A DNA stretch of 64,000 bases from an uncultured candidate division Zixibacteria bacterium (GCA_963668625.2 CAXXKA010000006.1:288001-352000); one strand, 5' to 3'; numbered from the stretch's first letter, positions 19,793 through 31,970 are shown. Notes: generated from the letters alone by a model not told the origin. A program made the numbers and translations.

Positions 19793-21040
19793 ATGGCAAA
19801 GAAATTTAAGATGATTACCCCTCCTGCTGACGGCGAAAGAATTACCGTGGTAGATAAACAATTGCAAGTTCCGGATAACCCGATTATTCCCGTAATAGAG
19901 GGTGACGGTATCGGTCGTGATATCATGAAAGCTACCCGTCGCGTTGTTGATGCCGCTGTTGAGAAAACTTTTAACGGTAAAAAGCGCGTGGTATGGCTTG
20001 ATGTCTACGCCGGTGAAGCCGCCAATGAAAAATACGGTGAATGGCTTCCCCAGGACACCCTGGATGCTATCAAGTACTATGTCGTCGCTCTCAAAGGCCC
20101 GCTTACCACACCGATCGGCGGTGGTTTCCGTTCGTTGAACGTTTCGCTTCGCCAGCTTCTGACATTGTATGCCTGTGTTCGTCCCGTTCGCTGGTTCGAT
20201 GGTGTGCCGTCTCCGGTGAAACGTCCGGATAAACTCAATGTTGTTATTTTCCGTGAAAACACCGAGGATGTCTACGCCGGTATCGAATGGAAAAAAGGCA
20301 CCAAGGATGTCAAGAAAGTTATAGATTTCCTGAATAACGAGATGGGCAAAAACATCCGCGCCGATTCGGGTATCGGCATCAAACCGATCTCGGTTAAAGG
20401 CACCGAACGCCTGATGCGTAAAGCTGTAAATTACGCTATCGATAACAAGCTCAGATCGGTGACCCTGGTGCATAAAGGCAATATCATGAAATTCACCGAG
20501 GGCGCGTTTAAGGATTGGGGTTACAAATTAGCCGCCAAGGAATTCCCCAAACAGACGATCAGTGAGGATGAACTCTGGGATAAATACGATGGCAAATGCC
20601 CCGAGGGAAAAGTCATCATCAAGGATCGTATCGCCGATTCGATTTTCCAACAAGTACTTACCCGTCCCGATGAGTACGATGTTCTGGCTACACCGAATCT
20701 CAATGGCGACTATCTCTCCGATGCCTGCGCAGCTCAGGTCGGCGGTCTGGGAATGGCACCGGGCGCGAATATCGGTGACTACATCGGCCTGTTCGAGGCG
20801 ACTCACGGCACGGCCCCGAAATATGCCGATAAGGACATGGTCAATCCCGGCTCGCTTATCCTCTCAGCGGTCATGATGCTCAATTATCTCGGCTGGAAAG
20901 AGGCCGGTGAGGCTATCGAGAAAGCGATCGAGACCACTATCCAGAAGAAAACAGTCACCTACGATCTGCATCGCCAGATGGAAGGCGCGACCAAGGTTTC
21001 GACCTCAGAGTACGCCACTCATATTATCAACAATCTCTAA
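19793..21040 (+). CDS. icd: Isocitrate dehydrogenase (homodimeric, E. coli-type)
   Basis: IEGDGIG, KGPLTTP-x-GGG-x-RSLNV, [35 protein letters not shown]; AAGGAG RBS before ATG 19793. Confidence 0.96.
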   Translation: MAKKFKMITPPADGERITVVDKQLQVPDNPIIPVIEGDGIGRDIMKATRRVVDAAVEKTFNGKKRVVWLDVYAGEAANEKYGEWLPQDTLDAIKYYVVALKGPLTTPIGGGFRSLNVSLRQLLTLYACVRPVRWFDGVPSPVKRPDKLNVVIFRENTEDVYAGIEWKKGTKDVKKVIDFLNNEMGKNIRADSGIGIKPISVKGTERLMRKAVNYAIDNKLRSVTLVHKGNIMKFTEGAFKDWGYKLAAKEFPKQTISEDELWDKYDGKCPEGKVIIKDRIADSIFQQVLTRPDEYDVLATPNLNGDYLSDACAAQVGGLGMAPGANIGDYIGLFEATHGTAPKYADKDMVNPGSLILSAVMMLNYLGWKEAGEAIEKAIETTIQKKTVTYDLHRQMEGATKVSTSEYATHIINNL

Positions 21041-21060
21041 GTCACTAGATAGATTTCTCG

Positions 21061-21088
21061 AAGAGGGTCGTTAAACGGCCCTTTTTTT
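21061..21088 (+). terminator. Rho-independent terminator of TCA operon
   Basis: AGGGTCGTT-AAACGGCCCT followed by a T run. Confidence 0.8.
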
Positions 21089-21221
21089 ATTGATCCTAAA
21101 AACCACCGGTTCAGCCGGTGTGTACGTTTAAAGCGAAGCGTTTGCAGAAAGTTTTATTATTAACAGCGACGACAGAGTCTCTCAATAGCGTCACTATCCT
21201 ATATCTGTCACTACCTTGGAG

Positions 21222-21369
21222 GGGGTTATTGAAAAAGCCATTTGCATGAGTCGCTGGGCGGACGAAGTCCTTTATTCATCCTTTCCCGGCGACATGCCGC
21301 ATGAAATCAGGTGTCAGGAATGGATTCCTGACACCACCGTTATCCAACAAGGACTTTTTCAACAAGCCC
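21222..21369. mobile_element. 148-bp MITE with imperfect 19-bp terminal inverted repeats and 4-bp target duplication
   Basis: Left GGGGTTATTGAAAAAGCCA vs reverse complement of right end GGGCTTGTTGAAAAAGTCC (15/19); GGAG at 21218-21221 and 21370-21373; no ORF. Confidence 0.65.
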
Positions 21370-21759
21370 GGAGGCGGTAATCCAGTATGGCCTTTTTCCT
21401 TATGATACAAAATTCTATATAATTAGCTTTTATGGAGGGGAGACAAAACGAAATATTTAGAATACGGTGGGTTTCAAAATCGGAGTTTTGTAATAGGTGT
21501 GTGTTCAACTTGAATCGTAATTACCTGCTAATATCCAAACGATTATTTTATGGGCGGCACATGCCCCCGTGTGCCCCTTAGCAGTAAATGCGAGGCAGTG
21601 AATTCAGCAGGAATAGGGCAGAACCAATGCGGTTTTGATGATTTGGCTGTCTCATCAGCAGATGACGTCATCTAACGCCCACAGAACGATCGTATTTTTT
21701 ATTTGGGAAACTATCGTAACATTGCTTATGTTGTGAGGGTATATGATAAGCGAGGTGAA

Positions 21760-22519
21760 ATGATGTTTGATTTCAAAGGTAAAACCGTTCTGGTTACGGG
21801 TGCCTCTCGCGGAATAGGCGCCTCGGCCGCGAGTCTATTCGCCAGATTCCGGCGCTAACGTGGTTATTAATTATTGTTCTAATGAAACGCAGGCTCGAAA
21901 AGTACTTGAGCAAATCGAGGCTGATGGCGGTTCGGCAAAGCTATTCAAAGCTGATGTTGCCGATAACAATCAATGTCACGATATGGTCCGATTCACGGTC
22001 GAGCAGTTCGGTTCTATCGATATTCTGGTGAATAACGCCGGTATCTGGAAAGAGTCCGCGATCGAGGAGATGACTCATGACAAGCTGGCAGAGACTTTAA
22101 ACTGCAATATAAACGGATGTTTCTACACCACCACGGCCGCCGTGCCTTACATGAAAAAGCAGAGTTCGGGTAATATCGTATATATCGCCTCAACGGCAGG
22201 CCAGAGGGGAGAAGCTTTTCATTCGCATTACGCCGCCTCTAAAGGAGCCTTAATTTCGCTGACTAAATCGCTGGCTACGGAGTTAGCCTCGCACAATATC
22301 ATGGTCAACTGTGTCGCTCCCGGTTGGGTCGATACCGACATGAGCCATGACATTATAATCTCGGAGGATAGCTCTAAGTACTTATCCCTTATACCGTTGG
22401 GAAGAGCGGCCTCAGTTGAGGAGATCGCCTGGCCGATTTTATTCATGGCCTCCCCGATGGCCGGTTTCATTACCGGCGAAATTTTGAATGTAAATGGCGG
22501 TGCTGTGCTAATTGGCTAA
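21760..22519 (+). CDS. FabG-like short-chain dehydrogenase/reductase with a +1 frameshift near 21845-21855
   Basis: GAGGTG RBS, ATG 21760 gives MMFDFKGKTVLVTGASRGIG; the remainder (NNAG, YAASK, VAPG) is in the next frame. Confidence 0.85.
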
Positions 22520-22528
22520 TGATTTGAA

Positions 22529-22557
22529 TTGACATTGAAACGGTCTTTTAATATTAT
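22529..22557 (+). promoter_or_regulatory. sigma70-type promoter
   Basis: TTGACA-N17-TATTAT upstream of the polyprenyl synthase gene. Confidence 0.5.
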
Positions 22558-22571
22558 CCTAACCGGTTGAT

Positions 22572-23543
22572 ATGAGTAAAGAGTTTAAGAAAATTTTCAC
22601 CCCGGTGGAATCGTGGATCGAGCAGTACGAGGAATTGCTTAAGCAATCACTTAGTACAGATTCCAGTTTCATCTATACAATAACCGAACATTTGTTTTCC
22701 AGCTCAGGTAAAGGGCTTCGGCCGGGTTTGATATTCTTGAGCGCCGGCAGACATGCCAATAAAGCCTCACTGTACGCCGCAGTCGCGATCGAGTTGATTC
22801 ACGTAGCTACGCTTCTTCATGATGATGTCGTCGACGAATCCGATAAACGTCGCGGAATACAAACTGTAAATTACAAGTGGAATAATCTGGTTTCGGTTTT
22901 GATGGGTGATTACTTGTTCGCCAAATCTTTCAAACTCCTGGTCGACTCGGAATCGACCAAGCTTCTAGATCGATTCTCGAGAGCTACCGAGCGTGTCGCT
23001 ACCGGCGAGCTTAACCAGGTGTACGCTACCGGCGATTTCGATTTGGCCGAGAAAGTTTATTTCGAAATTATCGCCGATAAAACCGCCGCCCTGTTCGCCT
23101 GTGCTTGCGAGGCTGGAATTATTTCAAATGGCGGTGATGAGAAGAAAGAAAAAGCCCTGCGTGATTTCGGAGAGAACCTTGGTATAGCGTTTCAAATAAC
23201 CGATGATTTGCTCGACCTGGTAGGCGAGACCAACAAGACCGGCAAACAACTCGGCTCTGATATAAGAGAGGGTTGGGTGACACTGCCTTTAATCTATGCT
23301 CTGCAGAACGGTGGAAACTCTTACAAGGATCAACTGGTAAAACTGTATAAGGATGGTTTTAATAACGATGAGTTCGAGGATGTTGTCAGGTTCGTCAGGG
23401 ATTCCGGTGGTATCGACTATGCTGACAGGCAGGCCAGAAAATACAGTGAACGCGCCAAAGATGCGGTCGCCGGTATCAGCGACCTGGATTATAAAGACAA
23501 TCTCATTCAACTGGCGGATTTTGCGGTTATTCGCGAAAAATAA
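22572..23543 (+). CDS. Trans-polyprenyl diphosphate synthase (IspB/HepT-like)
   Basis: GKGLRP, LLHDDVVD..RRG (FARM), KTA, FQITDDLLD (SARM). Confidence 0.93.
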   Translation: MSKEFKKIFTPVESWIEQYEELLKQSLSTDSSFIYTITEHLFSSSGKGLRPGLIFLSAGRHANKASLYAAVAIELIHVATLLHDDVVDESDKRRGIQTVNYKWNNLVSVLMGDYLFAKSFKLLVDSESTKLLDRFSRATERVATGELNQVYATGDFDLAEKVYFEIIADKTAALFACACEAGIISNGGDEKKEKALRDFGENLGIAFQITDDLLDLVGETNKTGKQLGSDIREGWVTLPLIYALQNGGNSYKDQLVKLYKDGFNNDEFEDVVRFVRDSGGIDYADRQARKYSERAKDAVAGISDLDYKDNLIQLADFAVIREK

Positions 23544-23579
23544 TCCGAACTCAATTAATTTTATTGACTATAATAATAA

Positions 23580-25709
23580 ATGAATAACCTCTCGATTAGT
23601 TTTCAAAGCAGCCTGATTGCTATATATGTAATTATCGGATTGGTAGCCCTGGCCGTATCATGGTGGAGCTATCGTAATCTTGTGCCGCATATATCGCAAT
23701 TTAAACGCATTTTCCTGATAACGCTGAGATCGCTGGGGATATTCTTTCTGGCCCTGCTTCTTGTAGAGCCGCTTCTGACACGATACTCCGAGAAAACAAT
23801 CGGCAACAGGCTGGGAGTTGTATTCGATTTATCCACCAGTATGTGTATTGAGGATGATAATTCCAGTCGTGTTAACATGGCCCGAAACGCTTTCATTCAA
23901 CATGCTGATATCGACTACGGCGCCAATTACTACGGTTTCTCGGATTCTTTGATCGACATCAATCACATCCCCGACTCCGCTGACTGCAGTGGCCGCGCCA
24001 CCGATCTGGCACTGGCGATTAGCGAACCGCTTGCTCGTGATGGCGACGAACTGGGCGCGCTGCTGGTTATCAGTGATGGCGCCGGTAATATAGGCGCCGA
24101 CCCGCTGCCCTCGGCTATGGAGGCCTCGGTACCGATTTACTCGCTGGTAGTTGGCAAACGAATCAGTTTCAACGATATCGCGATCACCACTGTCGACTAC
24201 CCGCCGGTCAGCTATATCAACACCGAGATCAGCCTGACGGCCGAGGTGAAATCATCGGGCTACGCGGGCAAAGTGGTCCTGCTCGAAATTAAAGATGGCG
24301 GCAAAATAATCGGCTCGAAACGTATCACCTTACCCGGTGATGGCGCGCATACCACGATTGATTTACCGGTCACGTTCACCGAGGAGGGAGTTCATTCCCT
24401 GGAAGCCTCGATAGGCGTGTTGGAGGATGAGGTATACGCCGATAATAATGTCAGGAATTTCACGATAAAATTATTGAAAGATAAAACCTCGATATTGCTG
24501 TTATCCTCCTCGTTAAACTGGGAGTACACGTTTATCCAAAGAGCGTTAAGCTCAGATGAACATTTCGAGGTGCAATCGGCAATCGCCGGCGGCAACAATA
24601 CCATACCCGGGCGTGAGTTACCCACCGGCCTCGAAAGCTGGAAAAATATCGACCTGATAGTTGCGATAGATATACCCTCCAGGTCGGTTGGTTCTCAAAT
24701 CAATGTTTTGAAGCAAGCGGTGGAATCCGGCACGGGTTTCCTGTTTATTGCCGGTGATAAAACGCGGTTGATGCCACTGGCGGGTTGGGATGATATTCTG
24801 CCGTTGGAATCCTCCCCGAGAATATCACTCGAGACCGGTGAGTTCTTCCCAGTACCCGGCGAGCAGGCCATAGTCAAAACGATCACCGATATCGAGGATT
24901 TACGCTGGAGCGATCTTAGTCCGCTCGAGTTCGTGTTCAAGGGATTTAATATCAAACAAAACGCTGTTATATTTTTGGATGCCGTTGATATTACCGACAG
25001 CCATTACCCCGTGCTGGTGGGCGGCGCTTACAAAACCGGCAAAACCGCCGCGATGGTGGGTTACCCGTGGTGGAAAAGATCGTTTCGACCGGCTACGAGC
25101 GAGCAAGCCTCGCAGGGTATGATCAAGTTCTGGGGTAATCTGGTGAGATGGCTGGTGGCGCGTGAGGACCTGGATAAGTTCAACCTGGTGTCCGATAAAT
25201 CGGTATACCGCCTGGGCGAACCGGTGAAATTCAACGCGATCCTATTCGATGACAGCTATAATCTTCTGAGCGGTTCGCAAATAAATGTCGATATCGCCGA
25301 CTCCAACGGCAGCAAACGCGAGTTCCGCTTGACCTCGACCGAGGCCGGCAAATACACCGGCGTTTATGGTTCGCCGGCGGCGGGTAAATACGATTTCAGG
25401 GGCTATGCTATCAGCGAGGGGGATACGCTCGGCGTTACTGATGGTAGTTTCATTGTCGAATCATTCAGCCTGGAGATGGAAAATCCCTCGGCAAATTTTG
25501 CCGTGATGAGCCAGATCGCCTCGGTGACCGGAGGTGTAAGCTACACTGTCGATAATTTCGATGAATTCAAAAACGATTTGAAACTGAATACGAAAACAGC
25601 TAACATTTTCCGTGAGTATTCGCCGACCGGAAATTTATATATTCTGATTCTGGTAATTCTGCTTTTCACGTTGGAGTGGGGGATAAGAAAGTTCAGTCAG
25701 CTCGCTTAA
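23580..25709 (+). CDS. Membrane-anchored vWA-domain protein with Ig-like and GATase-like segments
   Basis: N-terminal TMs with LR motif, DLSTSM MIDAS, TDL, ISDG, C-terminal TM ending EW-x-x-RK. Confidence 0.7.
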   Translation: MNNLSISFQSSLIAIYVIIGLVALAVSWWSYRNLVPHISQFKRIFLITLRSLGIFFLALLLVEPLLTRYSEKTIGNRLGVVFDLSTSMCIEDDNSSRVNMARNAFIQHADIDYGANYYGFSDSLIDINHIPDSADCSGRATDLALAISEPLARDGDELGALLVISDGAGNIGADPLPSAMEASVPIYSLVVGKRISFNDIAITTVDYPPVSYINTEISLTAEVKSSGYAGKVVLLEIKDGGKIIGSKRITLPGDGAHTTIDLPVTFTEEGVHSLEASIGVLEDEVYADNNVRNFTIKLLKDKTSILLLSSSLNWEYTFIQRALSSDEHFEVQSAIAGGNNTIPGRELPTGLESWKNIDLIVAIDIPSRSVGSQINVLKQAVESGTGFLFIAGDKTRLMPLAGWDDILPLESSPRISLETGEFFPVPGEQAIVKTITDIEDLRWSDLSPLEFVFKGFNIKQNAVIFLDAVDITDSHYPVLVGGAYKTGKTAAMVGYPWWKRSFRPATSEQASQGMIKFWGNLVRWLVAREDLDKFNLVSDKSVYRLGEPVKFNAILFDDSYNLLSGSQINVDIADSNGSKREFRLTSTEAGKYTGVYGSPAAGKYDFRGYAISEGDTLGVTDGSFIVESFSLEMENPSANFAVMSQIASVTGGVSYTVDNFDEFKNDLKLNTKTANIFREYSPTGNLYILILVILLFTLEWGIRKFSQLA

Positions 25710-25738
25710 TCGAAGCGCGAGAGAGAGGGAATAGTCAC

Positions 25739-26266
25739 ATGGCTAACAAACTGGTTATGAAAAAAACAAGCTCGCCTTATATAGTCGTCAAAAAATCAAG
25801 CATCCACAGCAAGGGGGTTTTCGCTAAAAAGGATATCCCCGCCGAAACCGAGATCATCGAGTATGTCGGCGAACGTATCACCAAGAAAGAGGCTGATATT
25901 CGCGGCGAGCGGGTGTTGAGCAGGTCCAAAACCGATGTTACCCGTGGAGCTGTTTACATTTTCGAGCTCAACAAGCGTTTCGATATCGATGGCAACGTGT
26001 CGTGGAACACAGCCGGTATAATCAACCACTCCTGCGATCCAAACTGCGAGGCGGTCAACATCGATGGCCACATCTGGATCTGCTCCAAGCGAGATATCGA
26101 CAAAGGCGAGGAACTGACCTACAACTACGGCTACAATTTCGACAACTACGAGGAGCACCCTTGCAGATGCGGTTCCGATAATTGTGTTGGCTTCATCCTG
26201 GATGAGGAACAATGGCCAAGACTGAAACGCGAGTTGGCGAAAAAGGCGAAGGCGGGGAAGAAGTAA
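25739..26266 (+). CDS. SET-domain protein-lysine methyltransferase with post-SET Cys cluster
   Basis: SSIHSKGVFA, IIEYVGE, INHSCDPN, GEELTYNY, CRCGSDNC. Confidence 0.92.
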   Translation: MANKLVMKKTSSPYIVVKKSSIHSKGVFAKKDIPAETEIIEYVGERITKKEADIRGERVLSRSKTDVTRGAVYIFELNKRFDIDGNVSWNTAGIINHSCDPNCEAVNIDGHIWICSKRDIDKGEELTYNYGYNFDNYEEHPCRCGSDNCVGFILDEEQWPRLKRELAKKAKAGKK

Positions 26267-26487
26267 CGGTATAATTGTTCGTTTTGGTTAATATCTCATT
26301 ATTGATAATTGAAAATGTAATATAACGATAAGAGGCGGGACATTCTTGTCCCGTATAAGAACTGTAAGTAAGGATAAATCGAGGTGAAGTTAATTATGTT
26401 TATTATAATCAAATAATATATCTCACAGTAATATAAGTAAGGCACTAAGCGATTTGTTAGATTTTAGTTTTAAATACGAAGATTGAG

Positions 26488-27267
26488 GTGATTATGTGTA
26501 TTGAAAAACCTCTAAATGAGATTTTGAGGCAGGATTTCATTGAAACTTATAAACTTGAAGTCAAAGTAATATGGGATCAAATAGTAGTACTGAATTCATA
26601 TTTATATATTCTAAAAACAATATTAAAGTTTCCTTTATCATTATTCAAGCCATTAAAACTTCTATTTTGGAGATTGGTAGTAAGAAGCCTGTATGAATCA
26701 TCAATCTTAATTTGTTTTAAGTTGATTTTTGATACTGATAGTAAATCTTTAACAATTTCTAAGTTAAAAAACAAGATTATTAGTAATCTTGTTGATGATA
26801 GTATTAAATCTGAAGTCATACAAAATTTAAAGCAAATTGATTTTAGCAAAAAGAATGAAGAATTAGGTAGAAGAATTAATAAAATTAGAAATAAATTCGT
26901 TGCTCATATTGATCGAGATTGGAATACTATAGTAGAAAAAGAAAGCTTGAATGATATTGTATTAAATTTTAATGAATTATTCGAACTAAGTGAATCGATT
27001 GATGAATTATTTGAAATTCTTTGTTTTAATGAGCAGAGATTGACTCATTATCCAGAATATGCGCCTTCTAGCAAAGTTAAATACCAAACTAGACAAGAAA
27101 CGGATATTGAAGAAATATTATTACTATTAGTTAAGAACAGTAATCTTCTAAATATGCCCGAAAGCCAACCAGCTTTTTGGCCAATTTATAAAAAAACGAA
27201 TTTGTCTTTAGATGATTTAGAATTACTCAATCAGTATCGAAATAGGTTTGGTTTGCCTGATGCTTAA
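26488..27267 (+). CDS. HEPN-domain protein (AbiU2-like), putative RNase
   Basis: RNKFVAH (Rx4-6H) motif in an all-helical-looking protein; very low GC relative to flanks. Confidence 0.55.
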   Translation: MIMCIEKPLNEILRQDFIETYKLEVKVIWDQIVVLNSYLYILKTILKFPLSLFKPLKLLFWRLVVRSLYESSILICFKLIFDTDSKSLTISKLKNKIISNLVDDSIKSEVIQNLKQIDFSKKNEELGRRINKIRNKFVAHIDRDWNTIVEKESLNDIVLNFNELFELSESIDELFEILCFNEQRLTHYPEYAPSSKVKYQTRQETDIEEILLLLVKNSNLLNMPESQPAFWPIYKKTNLSLDDLELLNQYRNRFGLPDA

Positions 27268-27286
27268 CATCGTAGATCAGGTTCCC

Positions 27287-27419
27287 CTGGTTCCAAAACT
27301 CCGATTTTGAACACCACTGTATTCTAAAAATTTCGTTTTGATTTTTTATAACCTGCAAGACTAAATCGAAACAGAGTTTCTCAAACACGGTCATTCCCAA
27401 ATCGCAGTTTGGGAACGAG
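27287..27419. repeat. REPIN/MITE-like element with terminal palindromes
   Basis: CTGGTTCCAAAACT...AGTTTGGGAACGAG inverted ends (12/14); internal GAAAC-AGA-GTTTC hairpin. Confidence 0.55.
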
Positions 27420-27484
27420 TTGATAATTATTTATATAGAGTTTCATTCATACTGACATATCCTGCCGATGATAGGCTTGGTTTC

Positions 27485-27582
27485 CTGGTTTCCAAGCGCT
27501 GCTTGTAAACCTTCTTGAGTCATGTAGAATGCGCATTCTGCAGGCAAACAAGCCACGTTGCGAAGCAGCGCTTCGCAACGAG
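27485..27582. repeat. Second REPIN/MITE-like element of related design
   Basis: CTGGTTTCCAAGCGCTGC...GCAGCGCTTCGCAACGAG inverted ends (15/18); right end is itself a hairpin. Confidence 0.5.
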
Positions 27583-27783
27583 ATGGAAAGACCGGACAGT
27601 AGTGTTGTAAAAAAATGATATACATCTTTTTAATATTAATCTGAGCTTCTAATGTAACGATATTAGGACTAATCGGCCTCATTATTAACACTAAAGCGTT
27701 CACATTGAGACCTGTTACATATTTCCCTTGCCCTTGAACTTAATATGTATTAAAATCACCCGAAATTGATTATATGAATATAA

Positions 27784-29079
<1,296 letters not shown>

Positions 29080-29095
29080 GAATTATACCGGCACA

Positions 29096-29222
29096 GTAGG
29101 GACATGGCATGCCGTGTCCCTACTGCTATGGTCAATCGATAAATTCGCGGTTGGGATCGTCCTCGTGCCCCAACCGGCATGTTAGCAAATGAAGCCGGCA
29201 AACGAGGACGTTTGGCGGCAAC
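29096..29222. repeat. Cluster of REP-like palindromes
   Basis: GTAGGGACATGGC-AT-GCCGTGTCCCTAC (29096-29123), then two hairpins with inverted CGTCCTCGT/ACGAGGACG cores. Confidence 0.6.
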
Positions 29223-29297
29223 GAGGTTACTTTTTAAATCAGGTTCCATGCCGCGTCTTTAAGGCCGTGAGCATGATGTACTCGAAAAATTCGTTTC

Positions 29298-29681
29298 GTG
29301 AATCGAAATGAAATTTCTCAGGCAAGGCAAGCAGTGGAATTTCCAAAAATCTCGAAGGCATTCCTAAAGAAAATCAAAACCGAAAAGTACGGCAGGCTTA
29401 AAAAGAGCCTAACCGTCTCGGTGTTCGTGCTTATTGCCGTGATGTTTACTCGTGGCGAGTATGGCCTTCTTAAGATATACCGCCTTCACAATAAAGTCGA
29501 TACCGCCCGCAAGGAGATCGTTCATTTGAAAGTGAAATCGGAGGATCTCAACTGGGAAATCCATAAGCTCAAATACGATTCCACCTATATCACCCTGTTC
29601 GCCGCCGAGCAGTTCGGTTACGCCTGGCCCGATCAATCGATAATTCAGTTTTTACCCACCCCTGAAGATACAACTAAATAA
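29298..29681 (+). CDS. ftsB: Septum formation initiator FtsB/DivIC family
   Basis: One TM helix, G-x-x-G, coiled coil, AAEQFGY; follows eno as usual. Confidence 0.7.
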   Translation: MNRNEISQARQAVEFPKISKAFLKKIKTEKYGRLKKSLTVSVFVLIAVMFTRGEYGLLKIYRLHNKVDTARKEIVHLKVKSEDLNWEIHKLKYDSTYITLFAAEQFGYAWPDQSIIQFLPTPEDTTK

Positions 29682-30448
29682 TGGCACGCTATACCACCAG
29701 CGCCTATATCATCCGGGGAATCTCCACCGGTGAGAGTTCACGGGTTATCACGTTGTTTTCTGAGGATAACGGCAAACTCAAGTGTATGGCTAAAGGCGTG
29801 CGCAAGTCGGCCTCCTCGAAAGGCGGCGCGCTGGAGTTGTTTTCTCATGTTAGATGTAATGTTTACCTGAAAGAGAATGTCGAGCTAGGCCAGATATCCT
29901 CTGTCGATATCCTGGATGATTATTCGAAAATAGCGGCCGATCCCAATCGTTTCGGTTATAGTTCCGCGATGTGTGAAATTATCGACAAGATGACGATCGT
30001 GAACCATCCCATAACCGAGTTGTACGATTTGATGGGCGAATTTCTAAAATATATATCATGCGCCGAGGGATGCGCATCCGCTATGATATTCTGGGCGACA
30101 TTTCTGAAAACGCTCTCGATTACCGGTTATCAACCACGTCTTTTCGAGTGCGTAACCTGTGGCAAACAAAATCAGGGTAAAGCGGCATATTACGATTCCC
30201 AGAAAGGCGGCATTATTTGCAGGGATGATTTAAACGGTGCGGTACAGTATGGCAAAGTGGCCGCTTCAAGCCTTCGGGCCATGCAGATGGCGTTAACCGA
30301 GCCGCTGTCAAGTTTATCCGATTTGGCGGTTACTCCTAAGATGTTGGGGGAGATAGAACAATTCGTAATGTCGTTCACCGATTATCATACGGGCTTGCGT
30401 CGCAACCTAAAATCATTTAAATTCCTTTCTCAGTTGAAACCGGACTAA
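29681..30448 (+). CDS. recO: DNA repair protein RecO
   Basis: [23 protein letters not shown]-x-x-C zinc motif, final LKS. Confidence 0.88.
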   Translation: MARYTTSAYIIRGISTGESSRVITLFSEDNGKLKCMAKGVRKSASSKGGALELFSHVRCNVYLKENVELGQISSVDILDDYSKIAADPNRFGYSSAMCEIIDKMTIVNHPITELYDLMGEFLKYISCAEGCASAMIFWATFLKTLSITGYQPRLFECVTCGKQNQGKAAYYDSQKGGIICRDDLNGAVQYGKVAASSLRAMQMALTEPLSSLSDLAVTPKMLGEIEQFVMSFTDYHTGLRRNLKSFKFLSQLKPD

Positions 30449-30461
30449 AATCGGAGGAGAA

Positions 30462-31778
30462 GTGGCTAAGAAGAAAAAAAGTGTCGACCCCTTTATGGAT
30501 AAGTTAGTCTCGCTGTGCAAACGGCGGGGATTCGTATTTCAATCCTCAGAGATCTACGGCGGTCTCGGCTCATGCTGGGATTACGGTCCGCTGGGCGTCG
30601 AATTGAAAAATAATATCAAGCGATTTTGGTGGGAGGTCATGACCCATCGTCGGGATGATGTCGAGGGTGTAGATGCCGCTATCCTGATGTCGCCGAAAGT
30701 CTGGGAGGCTTCCGGTCATGTCGAGGGTTTCACCGATCCGATGGTCGACTGCAAAAAATGCAAGCGCCGTTTCCGTGCCGATACGCTAGAGTCCGAGAAT
30801 TGTCCCGAATGCGGCGGCGAGTTTACCGAACCGCGCCAGTTTAATTTGATGTTCAAAACATTCATGGGCCCGGTCGAGGATAGCTCGGCAACAGTATATA
30901 TCAGGCCGGAAACCGCCCAGGGGATCTATGTCAATTTCCAGAACGTGATGGGGCCATCCAGGCAGAAAATTCCGTTCGGTATAGCTCAGATCGGTAAAGC
31001 GTTCCGTAATGAGATAACCCCCGGTAATTTCATCTTCCGTACCCGTGAGTTCGAGCAGATGGAGATGCAGTTTTTCGTTCATCCCTCCGAGGATGCCAAA
31101 TGGTTCGACTACTGGAAAGAACAGCGCTGGAACTATTATCAGGAGCTTGGTATCAGGCAGGATAAATTAAGATGGCATGAGCACGGCAAAGATGAGCTGG
31201 CTCACTACGCCAAAGCCGCCTACGATATCGAGTACGAATTCTCGTTCGGTTGGAAAGAGATCGAGGGAGTGCATAATCGTTACGATTACGATTTGACCGC
31301 CCATATCAAGCATTCCGGCAAAGACCTGCGTTATTTCGATGACCAGGCTAAAGAACGCTATGTCCCATATATTATAGAAACCTCCGCAGGCGCCGACCGT
31401 ACCGCGCTGGTGTGCCTGGCCGATGCTTACCGCGAGGAGGAGGTTAAGGGGGATACACGAGTGTCGCTTAGCCTCTCGCCCAAAATCGCCCCGATAAAGG
31501 CCGCTGTATTCCCGCTGGTTAAAAAAGAGGGCATGCCGGAGATAGCCCAGAAAATCTATCAGGATTTAAAAAAGCATTACAAGGTGTTCTATGATGCCGG
31601 TGGGGCTGTCGGCAGACGCTACCGTCGCATGGATGAGGCCGGTACGCCATACTGTATCACTGTAGATGGCCAAACCAAAGAGGATGAGACGGTTACGGTA
31701 CGTGAGCGCGACAGCATGGAGCAGAGCCGGGTTAAAATTGATGAGTTGGTTGATTTGGTAGGGAAGAGGATAAAATAA
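30462..31778 (+). CDS. glyQS: Glycyl-tRNA synthetase, homodimeric type
   Basis: [48 protein letters not shown]. Confidence 0.96.
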   Translation: MAKKKKSVDPFMDKLVSLCKRRGFVFQSSEIYGGLGSCWDYGPLGVELKNNIKRFWWEVMTHRRDDVEGVDAAILMSPKVWEASGHVEGFTDPMVDCKKCKRRFRADTLESENCPECGGEFTEPRQFNLMFKTFMGPVEDSSATVYIRPETAQGIYVNFQNVMGPSRQKIPFGIAQIGKAFRNEITPGNFIFRTREFEQMEMQFFVHPSEDAKWFDYWKEQRWNYYQELGIRQDKLRWHEHGKDELAHYAKAAYDIEYEFSFGWKEIEGVHNRYDYDLTAHIKHSGKDLRYFDDQAKERYVPYIIETSAGADRTALVCLADAYREEEVKGDTRVSLSLSPKIAPIKAAVFPLVKKEGMPEIAQKIYQDLKKHYKVFYDAGGAVGRRYRRMDEAGTPYCITVDGQTKEDETVTVRERDSMEQSRVKIDELVDLVGKRIK

Positions 31779-31970
31779 ATCCTTTTTCTGTTCCGATTAT
31801 AAGTAAATAATAGAATTGTTATACTTTTTATTGATTTATTCATAAACTGTATTATTATATAAATATGAATACGGTTATCCATGTGACAATTACTAAAATA
31901 GGCATGTAATTAGTATTTGTAACATTTTTACTTGCATTTAGTATTAAATATAGTATCATAGGTTAAATGA

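Noticed and set aside
26456-27268. Integron cassette around the HEPN gene (GTTAGAT upstream, GCTTAAC at the stop)
   Set aside because: The two core sites are poorly complementary, and no attC stem or integrase is visible
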